Assembly (NCBI RefSeq): GCF_009834535.1
Contig: NC_045697.1
Span: 14,448,001-14,512,000 of the forward strand
From: Camelus ferus
Lineage: Eukaryota
Direction: 5' to 3'
DNA length: 64,000 nucleotides
The notes under the pieces are model-generated. The model searched no databases and had not been told where the DNA came from. It saw only the letters and a program-made list of their open reading frames with translations. This document shows positions 1 through 12,560 of the stretch, piece by piece; the first letter of the stretch is position 1; every line of letters starts with the position of its first letter. The position numbers and the translations under genes were made by a program.

Positions 1-388
1 TTGAATCTAATTCCCTATGCTATACAGAAGAAATGTGTTTTTTTAAATCTATCTTTATATTTAGTGGCTAACATTTGCAAATCTCGAACTCCCAAATGTA
101 TGCCTTCCCACCTGCTTTCCCCTGGTAACCGTAAGATTGTTTACTATGTCTGTGAGTCTGTTTCTTGTTTTGTAGATGAGTTCATTAGTGTCTTGTTTTT
201 TTCTTTTTATTAGATTCCACATATGTGTGATATCATATAGTATTTTTCTTTCTCTTTCTGGCTAACTTCACTTAGAATGATGATCTTTAGGTCCATCCAT
301 GTTGCTGCAAATGGCATTATTTTATTCTTTTTTATGGCTGAGTATTATTCCATGGTATAAATACACCACAGCTCCTTTATCTAGTCAT
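1..388 (-). mobile_element. LINE-1 3' end fragment (antisense), relatively young, running off the window edge
   Basis: Hallmark antisense L1 3' text: tagattccacatatgtgtgatatcatatagtattt...ttcacttagaatgatg...gtccatccatgttgctgcaaatggcattattttattctttttatggctgagta. Confidence 0.9.
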
Positions 389-502
389 TGAGATTCATTA
401 TAATGAAGGCTGGCTTGTAAATGCTAACATAGGTTAGACCTGAGGTGATATATTATGTCATTATGTAAATTAAAAGAATCCTTAATATAATTTGGGGGTC
501 AA

Positions 503-563
503 TTAATATATTATATTTATATATTATATTGTAATATTGTAATATAATATATATATAATATAT
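503..563. repeat. TA-rich low-complexity tract
   Basis: Almost pure A/T with atat/taat units. Confidence 0.85.
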
Positions 564-594
564 AGTCCAAGAATTTTGACTAAAATTTTGGAAG

Positions 595-770
595 CCATAA
601 GTCTGGCTCTTTTGATCTACCAGATTTGCAACTTTGGTTAAGTTACTAAACAGATCTCCTTAAATCTATATAAAATGTGGACAGATATACACATACTTCA
701 TGTGATTATTGATTATGAAAAATCAAATGAAGTAGTAAATACTAAAACTCATTAAACACTAAAAACATCA
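595..770 (+). mobile_element. MIR SINE, decayed
   Basis: actttggtaagttactaaac...ctatataaaatg...cttcatgtgattattg...aatcaaatga follows the MIR core order. Confidence 0.6.
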
Positions 771-1189
771 TTGGATATCTTATATACAGCCATGATGGCC
801 ATGAGAACAGACATCGTTTTGCTGAGTAAACTCTGTTATTGACAAATTCAAGTAGGGAAGACATTATTTATTTAAAAACACAGTCATTAAGAATTTAAGA
901 GAGATTATTAGTTTGATAATTAAGAAATATGACTATTTACTTTGGCTTTTCTCTTTGTGCCTTTGTTAGAATGTAAGGAATTCAAAACAATCAAATTGCC
1001 TTGAACAAGTGACTGTTATCAAGTTCTCAACATTTTTAAGCTAGTTCCTCACATATATTTACTCACAACAACTTGTTCTGATAAAAGAGGTTCCTAACCT
1101 AGAATATTGGACATTTATGTAATAGCCCTGAGCACCAGCTGCAGGGAACTAATCTAATTAACTGAATTAGATATAATTGTTTCCTTATC

Positions 1190-1600
1190 TCTGTCGGGCG
1201 TCCTGTTGTCATTTTTTCTGAAAGTCTGACAGTTGGAATGCTATCTATTGTCCTTACAACCTTCCCAGCCTGCTCATTGTGCTTAAAATCGATTCAAGTT
1301 TGCTTCCTCCCCTGGTTGGGAGTTGCCTTCTACGACTTATTCGCTGTAAAGCTGGTGAGAATTCCCCTCGAATGGCTGGATTACGATTCATATTGAGCCA
1401 CTTACGTGCTGCCATTTTCAACAGAGAACAGATCGGGGTAATTCTGCAATTGTGACGAGGTCCTAGGGGCGTCTCCTCAGTGAGGTTCTTCCCGACGCCC
1501 CTCTTCCCTGTGCAGAACTGACGGCTGCTGCTTGTGGGTCTCTCAGAAAACATGTGCGGGGCGCGGAGGGCTGCGCTGCTTGGGCAGGTTACTCGAACTG
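1190..1600. promoter_or_regulatory. CpG-retaining candidate cis-regulatory element
   Basis: About 19 CpG in ~410 bp by manual count; GC-box-like ggggcgcgg at 1558-1566; YY1-like gccatttt; tacgtg. Confidence 0.4.
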
Positions 1601-1760
1601 CTAAGGCTCAGTGTCCTCATAGTAGAGATAACAGCACCTCACAGGCAGAGATGTTAAAAGTGCTTGCCTCATTCAGTTCTTTGAGAGCTTGAATGATATC
1701 ATTAATACAAAGTGTTTAGTACAGTGCCTGCTATTTAGCAAATAGCTCACAAATATTCTT
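1578..1760 (+). mobile_element. MIR SINE, decayed
   Basis: ttgggcaggttact...ctcagtgtcctcat...aaagtgtttagtacagtgcctg...gctcacaaatatt. Confidence 0.7.
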
Positions 1761-1825
1761 TATTTAAAGTTTTGTATGCCTTTATTATTTCACTTTATAT
1801 TTAAGTTAAGCTTGGAGATGTTGTC

Positions 1826-1968
1826 TTCTTTTTATTTTTTTGTGGGGGAAGGTAATTAGGTTTTATTTATTTGTTTGTTTGTTTGTTTGTTAATGGAAGT
1901 ACTGGGGATTGAACCCGGGACCTTGTGCGTGCCAGGCTTACACTCTACCACTGAGCTATATCCTTCCC
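1826..1968 (-). mobile_element. tRNA-derived SINE, camelid-like
   Basis: Minus strand reads gggaaggatatagctcagtggtagagtg...ggtcccgggttcaatccccagtac, with A box TAGCTCAGTGG and B box GGTTCAATCC, then (aaac/aaat)n, cctaattaccttcccc and an A-rich tail. Confidence 0.9.
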
Positions 1969-2419
1969 AACCAGTGGTTACCTTTGGATTGTGGGACTTT
2001 TATTTTCTGTTTGTTTTATTGTATTTTTGTGTTTTTCTGTTTTTCTTTTTTTTTTTTTACTGTTTTTCATAGAGTGCTTATTTATGTTATTAAGGAAAAC
2101 TGCTTACAAGAAATGCATAGTCCTTGCGACTCAGTGTGTAAGACTTTGCATTATTAGATACTCATACAGTGATAACTGGCTGTGCAGATCACCCTTAGCT
2201 CACTACCCCAGCAGCCCGAGATTTTATAACACACCCAACTCTCCACTAAGTTGCTTCTGCACAACCACACGGGACACAGACTGTCATCCCCGTCAGCAGC
2301 CCAACAGGCACTCCCACTAGCGGGCTGGGGCCCATGAATGTCAGAAACAAACATTCTCCCATGCTCCTCTCAGTCATTCTGTCATTTGGGACACACTGAT
2401 TTGGCCACATTTACTCCCA

Positions 2420-2870
2420 CTTGTTCCAGCCTTCTTTTCCCCTGCCCACCCCGACTATAAAGACTGAAAACAAGTTACTCACTGCCTTTGTCTTCTTTCC
2501 ATTCAGGTTGGTGAGGAAGCACAATGTGGGCAATAAGATGTTTGCCAATGTCTATTGTGCTGTCTTCATGGGTGGGTGGCAGTTTGTGCTTCATGATAAA
2601 ATGACAGCTATGACGAGTGTATCCTTCCCTCCCACCTGCCTGGGAGGAGGTGCCATCGAGCCGTTGTAGTTATTTCACAGCCATGAATGAAAGGTCAAAC
2701 GATTCCCACAGATGCCAGCCCTGACCTCACTGAGACACCAAACCAATGCCAACAGAAACTCCGCATGTCCAGTCTTCTCACGAAGCCAAGAAAATAAACT
2801 CTTACAGGTTTAAGCTGCCACCAGGCAGGTTTTCAGTCATTGTAACCTCAAAATACGCCTAATCAATACA
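2420..2870 (+). mobile_element. Old MaLR (MLT1-type) LTR
   Basis: 3' end gaaaataaactctta..gtttaagc...gtcattgtaacc...cctaatcaataca is typical of MLT1; the 5' boundary is uncertain. Confidence 0.55.
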
Positions 2871-3029
2871 TTGTTCCTACCTAATCCCACTGGGGTCCAG
2901 ATCCTATTGGGTTTCTCTTCTTTCATCATTTTGTTATAATCGTTTTTCTTTCTTTTTAATTTACTTGGATAATTCACTTCCACTTTAGAGTAGTAAACTT
3001 AGCCCCTCCAAAGACTCATTTCCCATTTC

Positions 3030-3123
3030 GAGAGAGAGAGAAACAGAGAGAGTGTATGTGTGTATGTGTGATTGTGTGTCTATGTGTGATTGTGTGCCTG
3101 TGTGTGATTGTGTGTGTGTGTGT
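3030..3123. repeat. Compound (GA)n / imperfect (TG)n microsatellite with ~18-bp tgtgtgattgtgtg subunits
   Basis: Directly visible. Confidence 0.9.
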
Positions 3124-5065
3124 AGTATGTGAAGGGAGGGGCTTTTGATCATCACATACGCCTTTTGGCAGAAGCACGTGGCCATGTACAAATAGCCCCT
3201 TTCAAGCATCATCACCTTTCTGACCCACCCCCCTATGCCTCATTCACTCCCTCCTCCTTTTCTGCCCAGCCTCCTTCAAAATCATGCCAGGGTTAAGAAA
3301 GTAAGACATGGTGCTAAATTTGGCAAGAACTGTTACCATAATCTAGGTCTCAAAGAAGAGCTGATGTAGAGCAGATCTAAAGGAAATTTCAGTAGAAAGG
3401 TTTTTTGCTTCTTTTTCCCACTCCCATATTGTGACATCGCCCTGCTCCTTTCCTCTAGAAGTTCAGTCATCTAATAGCGGCCTCTGATTTACTAAACCCT
3501 AGAGTATCTTCCTGTCCATGGTGTAACTCTTCATTCCAATATAAAGATCTCTTCTGATCTTATCTCTCCAGTAAAAGTCCCCTCCTCTTCTACTTGGGAA
3601 GGGATCTGATGACATGGGACTGAAGACACAGTTGTTCCAGTTCTTGTCTCGAGCCTCTTGCCTGGGCCAGACCCTTCCAAGTGTGACACAGCTCCCAGGG
3701 GCAGCCTTTGCACATCATTATGAAGGGAAGCATTGCCTCTTACTTTAGCTGAGAATGTAATTTTTTTTTCCTAGAGAATTAAATAAGAGGTCCCTGAATC
3801 CTTAATATTGTGGGAATCTCATAATGGAGACTTATACTCAAAAAGAGAAGAAAAAACGAACTACAGTGCAAACTGTATTTCTAACTTAAAAGAAAGCCAC
3901 ATCAGATAGATTACAAGAAAGAGTGAAACAGAAGTCTAGATTTGTTGTATCAGGAGTGTTCTGTCCATTTCTCCTTTTCTCTTACTAAGCAAAGAAATGA
4001 CTTTGTTCAACTCTGAAAATTACAAATTATTCTTGTTGATGAAATTGACCTCATTTTATGACCAAGGTTACAGTACAGCACAATGGTCATTATGAATATT
4101 ATTAAATAAGTGTCTGATACTTACTTATTATTAAGTCAATAAAATACATTTAATGTAAGTTTTAATTGCTTACAGCCCTAACTCTGCTCATGGTGTTAAG
4201 TTTTCATGGTTCATCATTCAAGGGCCGTGCATTTTTGGCTTAACAGTTTTATAGAATAGAGGGAACTCTCAGAGCATGAGCAGAAATAGGGTGACTTTAT
4301 TTATTTTATTATGCCTGCTGCTTTGAAGTGGGTTTAATTAGTTTTAAAAGATTAGGTACAAAGGAGAGGAGAGTGATAAATTTCTGGTAATAGTTCGTAA
4401 CTTCAGTGCTTTCTGATCCCATGACTCATTTTAAAAGATGAGTGCAGTGAGGTTGAATCACACTGTTCTGCCATCCCCCTGACGTCTTAATGACCTAGGC
4501 TGGCAGTGATTAACTGTGGCTTTGCTCCTAAGATTTTTCTTTCTCTCTATTAAAAATAAATCAGTGTAGAAATGGCCTTCGTGTATTGGATTCGCAGTCT
4601 TCTTTGACTTAGAAAATAAATTCTAACATTCTTTTAGTTTCCAGTATTTATAAACAAGTTTATAAGTCTACCAAAGAGATTTGTGAATGACTCTATTACC
4701 TGCCTAGTTGCAGAAGCCAGAAAATGGAATCATTATAGAGAGCTTTTGCTTTCAATTAACTGTCCAGGTAGACACCAGATTGAATTTTCTGAAGCAATAA
4801 TCTGAGCACTTTCTAACCCAGATCACAATGCATCAGTGCCTCCTTAGTACCCCTCTCCTTGGTAACAAAGGCCTCCCCAGTTCTGCCCCGTGGTTACTTA
4901 TTAAGTCTCATCCACTGCCAAACACTTGTTCAAAATGAGCCTTCATAGTTAGCACTATGGTTACAAGAAGGCAGAATATTTTATATTTGGGGACTGTAAT
5001 TAGCATCACCCCTCTGCCTACCCTCCAGGTAAAGTCCTACATAGATTTCAAAACTCAGACTAATC

Positions 5066-7040
5066 CATACTGGGAAGGAAGAAGTAAAACTTTCTATTTT
5101 CAGATGACATGATCTTGTATATAGAAAATCCAAAGGAATCCACCAAAAAAACCAGAGTTAATAAATGAGTTCAGCAAGGTCACAGTATATAAGATCAACA
5201 TACAAAATCCAATTGTATTTCTCTGGAGTGGCAATGGACAAATCAAAACGAAATTAAGAGAAGAATTCCATTTACAAAATCAAAAAGAATATCACGCTTA
5301 GAAATGAGTTTAACAAAAAAAGTGTAAGACTTTTGCACTGAAAACTATGAAACGTTAAAAAAAATTGAAGACCTAAAGAACTGAAATAATACCCCATGTT
5401 TATGGACTGGAAAACAATATTTTTAAGATAGTAATGACTCCAAACTGATTGGCAGAGTCAATGCAAGCCCTATCAAAATCCCAGCTGTTTTTTATTTCAG
5501 ATGTTGACAGGTTAATTATATAATTCAAATGGACATATGGGAGACTCAGAATGCCTACCAGAAATCTTGAAAAAAAATTTGGAAGATACATTTCTTGACT
5601 CAAAACTTTGTTAAGTTATATAAATCAAGGCTGTATGGTGCTGGCCTGAGGACAGACATATAGGTAAAGGAAACAGGAGAGTCCAGAAGTAAACCTATAC
5701 ATTTATGTTCAACTTTTCCCTTTGTTTACAAGGTTGCCAAGACAATTCAATGGGGAAAGAACAATCTTTTCAATAAATGGTCCTGGGACAAATGGATACC
5801 CATATTATTAAAGAATAAACTTGGGTACATGACTCATATCATATGTAAAAATTAACTCAAAATTGGTCAGAAACATAAATGTCAGAGCTAAAATGATAAA
5901 ATTTTTAGAAGAAAGCATAGCTATAAATCTTCCTGAACTTGAATTAGGTGTCTTACATGCAACACCTAAGCACAGGCAACCAAACAAAAAATAAATAAAT
6001 TGAACACCATCAAAACTAAAAACTTTTGTGTTTCTAAAGATACAATCATAAAAAAGTGAAAAAAAAAAAACCCCACAGAATGAGAGAATATTTTTCCAAA
6101 CTGTATATCTGGTAAGGATCTAGTATCCAGAATGTATAAAGAACTCCTATATCCAAATAATAAAATTTTTTTAAAAAACCTAATTTCTAAAATTGGAAAG
6201 GGATTTCAATAAACGTTTGCCCAAAGAAGATACGTAATGGCCACTACACACATGAAAAAGATGCTTAAATCTTTAGTTTTTAGGGAAATCCAAATAAAAA
6301 CCATAATGATATGCCATTTTATACCTACGAGGATGGCTATAATCAAAAAGGTGGACAGTAATGATTGTTGGAGAAGATGTGGAGATATTTGAACACTTCT
6401 TCCTGCTGGTAGGAATGTAGAATGGTGAAGCAAATTTGGAAAACAGTTTAGAAATTCCTCAAAAAGTTAAACACAGAATTACCAAATGGCCCAGCAATTC
6501 CAACCCTAGGTATATATTCCAAGAGAATTGAAAACGTATGTTTACACAAAAAATTTGTACACAAATGTTCCAAGCAGCATTATTCACAATTGCCAAAAAG
6601 TGGAATCAGTTAATGAATACAAATAATAAATGGGTAAACAAAATGTAGTATATTCATTCAATGGGATATTATTCAGCCATAAGAAAGAATAAAACAGAGC
6701 TACATGAAACAGCATGAATGAATCTTGAAAATATCATACTATGTGAAAGAAGCCGGACACAAAATGCCACATAATTGTATGATTCCATTTATATGAAATA
6801 TCCAGAATAGACAAATGTATAGACAGAAAGTAGGTTAATTGCTAACAGGAGCTGAGGGGAGGGGAGATGGCGGCATGAATGCTACTGGGTATTGGGTTTC
6901 ATTTTGGGGTGATGAAAATGTTCTGGGGTTAGTAAGCGGTGATGATTGCACAACCCTGTCTATATACCAAAACCCACTGATTTTTGTACATTTTTAAATG
7001 GTGAAATTTATGATATGGAAATTACATCGCAATTAAAGAA
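5066..7040 (+). mobile_element. 5'-truncated LINE-1 (L1MB-like): decayed 3' part of ORF2 plus 3' UTR
   Basis: cagatgacatgatcttgtatatagaaaatccaaaggaatccacc encodes the L1 RT segment DDMILYIENPKEST; later cccagcaattcca..cctaggtata, gattccatttatatgaaatatccagaatag, ggggtgatgaaaatgttctgg; frames are broken. Confidence 0.95.
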
Positions 7041-7129
7041 ACTCAGCTTAGCTACTAACTTCTCTATGCAAACCTTCTAACTCCTAAGGCCAATTCCAAT
7101 CACACAAGTGCAGTTTGCAATTACAGGTC

Positions 7130-7400
7130 ATGAAGTGTAGTGGTTAAGCAATTGGGCTGAAAAGATAGTGCCTTTCTTAAAATTCTTGTCTAATTGTATG
7201 ATACCTTAAAATTCTTCTCTAATTGTATGATTTCTTAAAATTCTTCTCTAACTGTATAATCTCACTGAGCCTCAATTTCCTCATCTGTAAAATGGTGATA
7301 ATAATATACTTAGCTCATAAGGTTATTGAAACGATTATCTGAATTACATTGCAAAACACTTGTAGCAGTACCAGGCATTCAATAAGTAATAAATTTACTA
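7130..7400 (+). mobile_element. MIR SINE containing an internal tandem triplication
   Basis: gtgtagtggttaagca...ctgagcctcaatttcctcatctgtaaaatggtgataataata. Confidence 0.85.
7173..7259. repeat. 29-bp tandem repeat, 3 copies
   Basis: tttcttaaaattcttgtctaattgtatga / taccttaaaattcttctctaattgtatga / tttcttaaaattcttctctaactgtataa. Confidence 0.95.
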
Positions 7401-9864
7401 TTAATATTAAAGCAATTGTTATATTATATCTGTTATTTTTATTGTGATTATTAGTAGTGGTGATGTCTCTTCAACATTTTACCCAACTCTGTATCACTGT
7501 AGACACTTAGATATTTCTTGTTTCCCAGTAACTGGTTTTGTGGTCTATTTGGAGTCACACCATGCCTCTTCAGAGTCAACAGGTCAAATGCAGTCTGGTA
7601 ACAATATCTTTGGCCATAGGGTAAAAATCGTCAAGACGGTGGCCAGCCTAGTTAGTTGGATGATGTACTAGGCGTATTTTAATCTGCTTCTTCTAAAAAC
7701 TGTGTTTGCCTATTCGACCACAGAAAGAAAGAAACCTGCCTCTTTACTAGAGTCTTTGGGAATTAAGAGAAAGCTCTGAGAGATAATAATTCCCTGAGAA
7801 GTCCTGGGTTCCCTGAGAGACTGCTTACACATTCTGGAGAGAGTCTAAGAAGAAAAAATTAGTTCTGTGGTAGCTTGTATTCCCCACCCAGGAGTCTTCT
7901 CCCTCCAGATGACTACTCTACTCATCAGTTTATAATCTTCCAACATGATATAGACTTTTTAAAGTGCTAGCAAATGTTGTTTATTCTCTACATGAATATT
8001 TCTCTCATCTACCCCAGGGAACAAAAAATATTATACTCAAATGAGTTCAGTTGCTTGTCCTATACATCAGCCCTTGCAACCGAGCCATAAGCAGTGCTTT
8101 CTGAAGTTCATCCTCAGCTCTACTCAGCAGGAGTGCAAAGCAAGATAAGAAAATGGTTCATTACTAATTTTTAGGAAGGATGAGTTCCAGAAAGAAAATT
8201 AAAACCATGAAGATATCTGCCATGTGGTACATATTTTCAGAGTGGGCAAAAGAGCAAAAGGATAAAGCTTTATTTATGTATGCTTTACAGGCAGCACATT
8301 AATATATATCAATTGATACAAGTTAATTCTTCTTTTTGCAAAATGGAGAAAATATGTATATAGGAGTAGTTTTTTTTCTGAAATAGCATTCCATTAAAAT
8401 TAGCTTCAAGCCAGTCTGGAAAACAATAAATTCTCTTTTTTGTTCAGTAAAGGATTTGATGTTGTCTACTGTAGAACAAAAAAATAAAATAGATGCATAT
8501 ATTTATATGTATATAAGTGTACACACACAAACATATAATGGGTTTGAAAAAGAATAGTACTTAATCTACTAGCTGGTGATGAAGTAATTATTTTATGATT
8601 TCAGATGCGATATTTAGCACAGACTTGTCACTGCCAACACCACTCTACTCTTGTCTTTCAGCAGAAGCATGATAAAGTGTTTTCCCTCAGTTTAACATTC
8701 CAAGAGATGAGCAAGACTGAAGGTGTCTTTAATGCCAAAGAAAAAATTATTCCCTCTGGGCATGTTGGAGTTGAAAAGCCTTTTCAAACTGAATTTATAA
8801 GTTTCCCTTTTTGGATTCTTCTGTCATATGGCTGGATAAGGTGAAAAAATTTTGTTATGCCCCAAAATATATATTCCTGAGTTCATTCCTGAGGGAGAAA
8901 GGTTAGAGGAAAGGATAAATGGGTTCACTTTTCAGTGTCTCCCCAGCCCAACCATCCATCAGTTTGCTCTGTGGTCACAGTACAGTCAGCTCTTCCCGCC
9001 TTGGCCCAGAATCACCTCTCATAAGATGTCCTCTTCACCCCCTCAGGCCTCTCTTGACAATTCCTGACCCAAAGAGCTCTCTTCTCTGATGCGTACTAAC
9101 ATTTCCTGTCTACGTGACCCTAGAGTGGCTTTCTAGAAATATTTACCTTTTTGTGGTTGTCATGATACACTTGGTTCATCCCATAAAATAGTAGTGAAAT
9201 TGCCTATTTCTCTCATGAAGATTTCTGTAGATTTACTCACTAATAGAAAATATGTATGTGGTCTCCACGTGCAGCCTGGGAGTGTGACAAAACAGCAGAG
9301 AGGAACAGCGGGAAGGGAAAATGAATTTTCCATGAACGGATGAGTTCCAGAGATTTTAGACATTCATTTTAATTGGTAGCCCTTAGCATCCACTCAAAAA
9401 ATCAGAAAGATTATTACTTATAATCACAGCATGTTCTGGATGCAGCTTATGTTAGCTAAATGGAAATCTAGTTCAAAATTTCTTTCTGCTCCCTTGCTCC
9501 CTGGAGCAGAGTCTTTCTCACAGAAATGATGGCTGATTGGCTTTCAGGGCCATTTGTTTTGAACCTTAACTGTCCTGCAGCAGCAGTTAAGCCAGCTCCA
9601 TAGTGGACCAACCTCTTCCTAATTATCTCTGATATGTTTCTCTGAGGTCCTAAGCTACACTGTTTTTGCTTAACCTCAGTCAACCTTCTCTTCCCTTTTC
9701 TCTTCCCTTCTCTTTCTCCCCCACCTTTTTTTTTGGTGGTGGTTGTTCTTCTATCATTGACAATTTTATATTTATGATTTATATTTGTTGCAGAACTCTC
9801 GCCCCTACTCTTTTCTCTAGCGAGAGCATGATGTAATTATTTAAGTGTCTCCTCACTGTCTTAA

Positions 9865-10190
9865 TAAATGTCCATCAAGCATCTTCTGTACCCGACTGTG
9901 CCTCGCCCAGAAAGCAGTGGTGAGCCAAGGCCAGACCTGGTCCTGCCCTCATCAAGCTCCCCATTGAGTAGGAGTGGGTGACTTATTCACGTTAATGTTT
10001 CTATAACACAAGTGAGACAGTGTCCTGAAAGAAAAGAAACTGTTTCTGAGCAGTGAGACAGTGTCCTGAAAGAAAAGAAACTGAGTTTCTGAGAATGAAT
10101 AAGAAAGAAGTGAATCAGGATTGGGATGCTGGGAAAAGGATCTAAGGACAGCCTCTGATGACCTCTCAGGGATGAGTAGATTTTGTTTGG
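9865..10190 (-). mobile_element. L2 LINE fragment
   Basis: gcagtggtgagccaag..cagacctggtcctgccctcat.aagctc matches the antisense L2 3' region. Confidence 0.6.
10011..10093. repeat. 41-bp tandem duplication
   Basis: agtgagacagtgtcctgaaagaaaagaaactg(ag)tttctgag occurs twice in tandem. Confidence 0.95.
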
Positions 10191-10234
10191 AACACAAATC
10201 TAATTCAGTTCCACCCTCACCCCAGATTCAGTCT

Positions 10235-10694
10235 AACTCTTTTAGTGGCTTCCAATCGCTCTCAAGATAATAGTCACAAGCTCCGTTTATTGTTAAAGGT
10301 TCTCCTGTGGCAGTACCTCCTTCTCTGATATACTGGTCTTCCTGGTATTCTTTTAAGCTATTGGATGCTTTATCTACCCTCCTGACACAGGGCATTGCAC
10401 CTGCTCTTATATCTCTGGTTTTCTTCTTTCTATTCATGCCCCCCTTTCTTAAAGTGGCCTTACTGGGTACCTTTATAGAGCTGCACTGCTCCAGAAGAAT
10501 GCCTCCTTCTTTATTATATTGCCCTGGCTTGCTTTCTTCATAGCACTTATTTCTATCTAAAATTATGCTTTTCTTTGGCTTACTTATTTAAGTCTCTCCC
10601 CCACTGGAATATGAGCTCCAAGAGAGGGCATGCTGTGGGGTCTTATTACTCTGTTAACACTTGGGACAGTGTCTGGCAACAAATGAATGAATCA
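10235..10694 (+). mobile_element. L2 LINE 3' end
   Basis: agtggcttcca...ctctcccccactggaatatgagctccaagagagggca...acagtgtctggca..aaatgaatgaat terminal repeat. Confidence 0.8.
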
Positions 10695-11399
10695 AAAAAG
10701 ATCTGTCTCTCCAATTATACCCAGACATTTAGATGACAACATCTGAATCTGTGTTGTTACAAAATATCTTAGGATTTGGTTGTTAGAACATTTGACTTAT
10801 TTTAATTCAACAAACATGTATAGAACATCTCTTACAGTCCAGGCACTGTGCCAAGCACTGGTGAGAAGGTTTGGCAGGAAAGTCACTGTTTGGTAAAAAG
10901 AAAAACGGACAAATGCTGCCAAAATTTTTAATAGAGATAAATGCCAGGCCCTCCTGGGTCTTTGGTATAATTGACCATATGATCTTAAGGAAGGAGAACC
11001 ACTTCAGGCAAAGCACTACCTCTCTGTATCTCACTAGTTTCATCTCTAAAAAGTGGGTAAAATCACATTATAAAATTCATTTTCAGGTAACGTGACAAAA
11101 TACAAAAACATCTGGAAAATTAAAAGCTCTGTTCTTTTACCAGGTATTTGCATAGCGTCTTCGGCAGAGGAGTGATGGCAGATGAAGGTGGAAAATTACT
11201 TACTGACCTCATTGTGGAAACCTTTATTTCTCATGCCTGTCATTTAGACCTTAATTGCTAGCAATGAGCAACTCTTGAAGATTTTAAAGAGAGCCAGGTT
11301 GTGATTAGATATATGGTTTAAAATGCTCACTCTGATAGTCGCACCCACGACAGATGAGATAGAGAAAGAGATGTTAGTTGCTAGATTTCAGAATGCACA

Positions 11400-11825
11400 T
11401 GTTATGGGCTAAATCGTGTCCACTCCCCGTGCCCTCCTAGGTTCAGATGTTAAAGTCCTGACCTCCAGTAGCTCAAAGAGTGACCTTATTTGGAGATAGA
11501 GCCTTTCCAGAGGTAAGCAAGTTAAAGTGAGGTCATTAGGGTGGGTCCTAATCCAGTATGACTGGTGTCCTGATAAAAAGGAGACATTCAGACACAGAGT
11601 CCCGCATAGAGGGAGGATGATGTAGACAGATGGAGAGAAAATGTCTGTCAATAACTCAGTGAGGGAGGCCTGGAACAGGTCCTTCCCTCACAGTCCTCAG
11701 AAGGAACTAAGCTTGCTGACACCTTGATCTTGGACTTCCAGCCTCTGGAACTGTGACAATAAATTTCTGTTGTTTAAGCCACCCAGTCTGCAGTACTTTG
11801 TTACACACCGTGGCAGACTAACAGA
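11400..11825 (+). mobile_element. MaLR solo LTR (MLT1A/B-like)
   Basis: tgttatgggctaaatcgtgtcc...gtgaccttatttggagatag...gaggtcattagggtgggtcctaatcc...gacttccagcctc...aataaatttctgttgtttaagccacccagt. Confidence 0.92.
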
Positions 11826-12399
11826 GAACACTTGAGGGTTAGTGAGGGGTCTGACTAGTCTCGTAAAGGTTCTGGAAAGGCAGGAGGGTCCAGTGGAGAG
11901 TGGGCACATTCTAAGTTGGAACTGATACGTTTCAGGCACATGACTTTAGAGAAGATAGATACATAATCTCTCTCAGTGTTAGTTTTTCAGCCAGGAAGAA
12001 TGCCCGTTTTGTAGGTCTGTTGTGACAATTTGAGACAGTACTTGGAAAATATCAAGCACAATGCCTGGCATATAGGAGATGCTAAGTAAATATGATTGCT
12101 GCTGTTGATGGTGATGACAGAAGAATTTTTTTTTTAAATATTATTTTAAAGTTTATAAAGTACTAGAAATTCTACAGATAATAACCTAACATTGGACACC
12201 AATCTTCCAACCACTTGAGTGACACAAGAAGATTCCTAGGTGGAAAGTTTGTAGGGAGGAACACTAGCTTTCATTTGAAATCACCAAAAATGTTTCAGAA
12301 CATTAATTCTACATGCTTTATCTGCAGCCTCCAGGAATGAAGACAATCTTATAATCATTCTCTTCCAGGAGCCAGACAGAGATTTTTTTCTCAGAATAC

Positions 12400-12560
12400 A
12401 CCAATATTTGTCTATTTGGGCATCTCCTTTCCCAGACTAGTTGTTCCTGGAGGGCAGAAACCATGTTTTGGTTTTTTTTTTCCCCCTGAGTATCTAGCAT
12501 AGTACATGTAGTTGTAAGATCTCAGAAATATTTGATGGTTGCATAAAAAATGAATTAATG
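12400..12560 (+). mobile_element. L2 3' end fragment
   Basis: agactagttgttcctggagggcagaaaccatg...tatctagcatagta...aaatatttg. Confidence 0.65.

Noticed and set aside
1254..1553. 99-aa minus-strand ORF in the CpG patch
   Set aside because: No recognisable homology; kept only as part of the regulatory candidate.
1890..1968. tRNA-like sequence
   Set aside because: It is the head of a SINE and continues into a SINE body and tail; it is not a tRNA gene.
5066..6700. L1 ORF2 as an active CDS
   Set aside because: 5'-truncated, with many stops and frameshifts.
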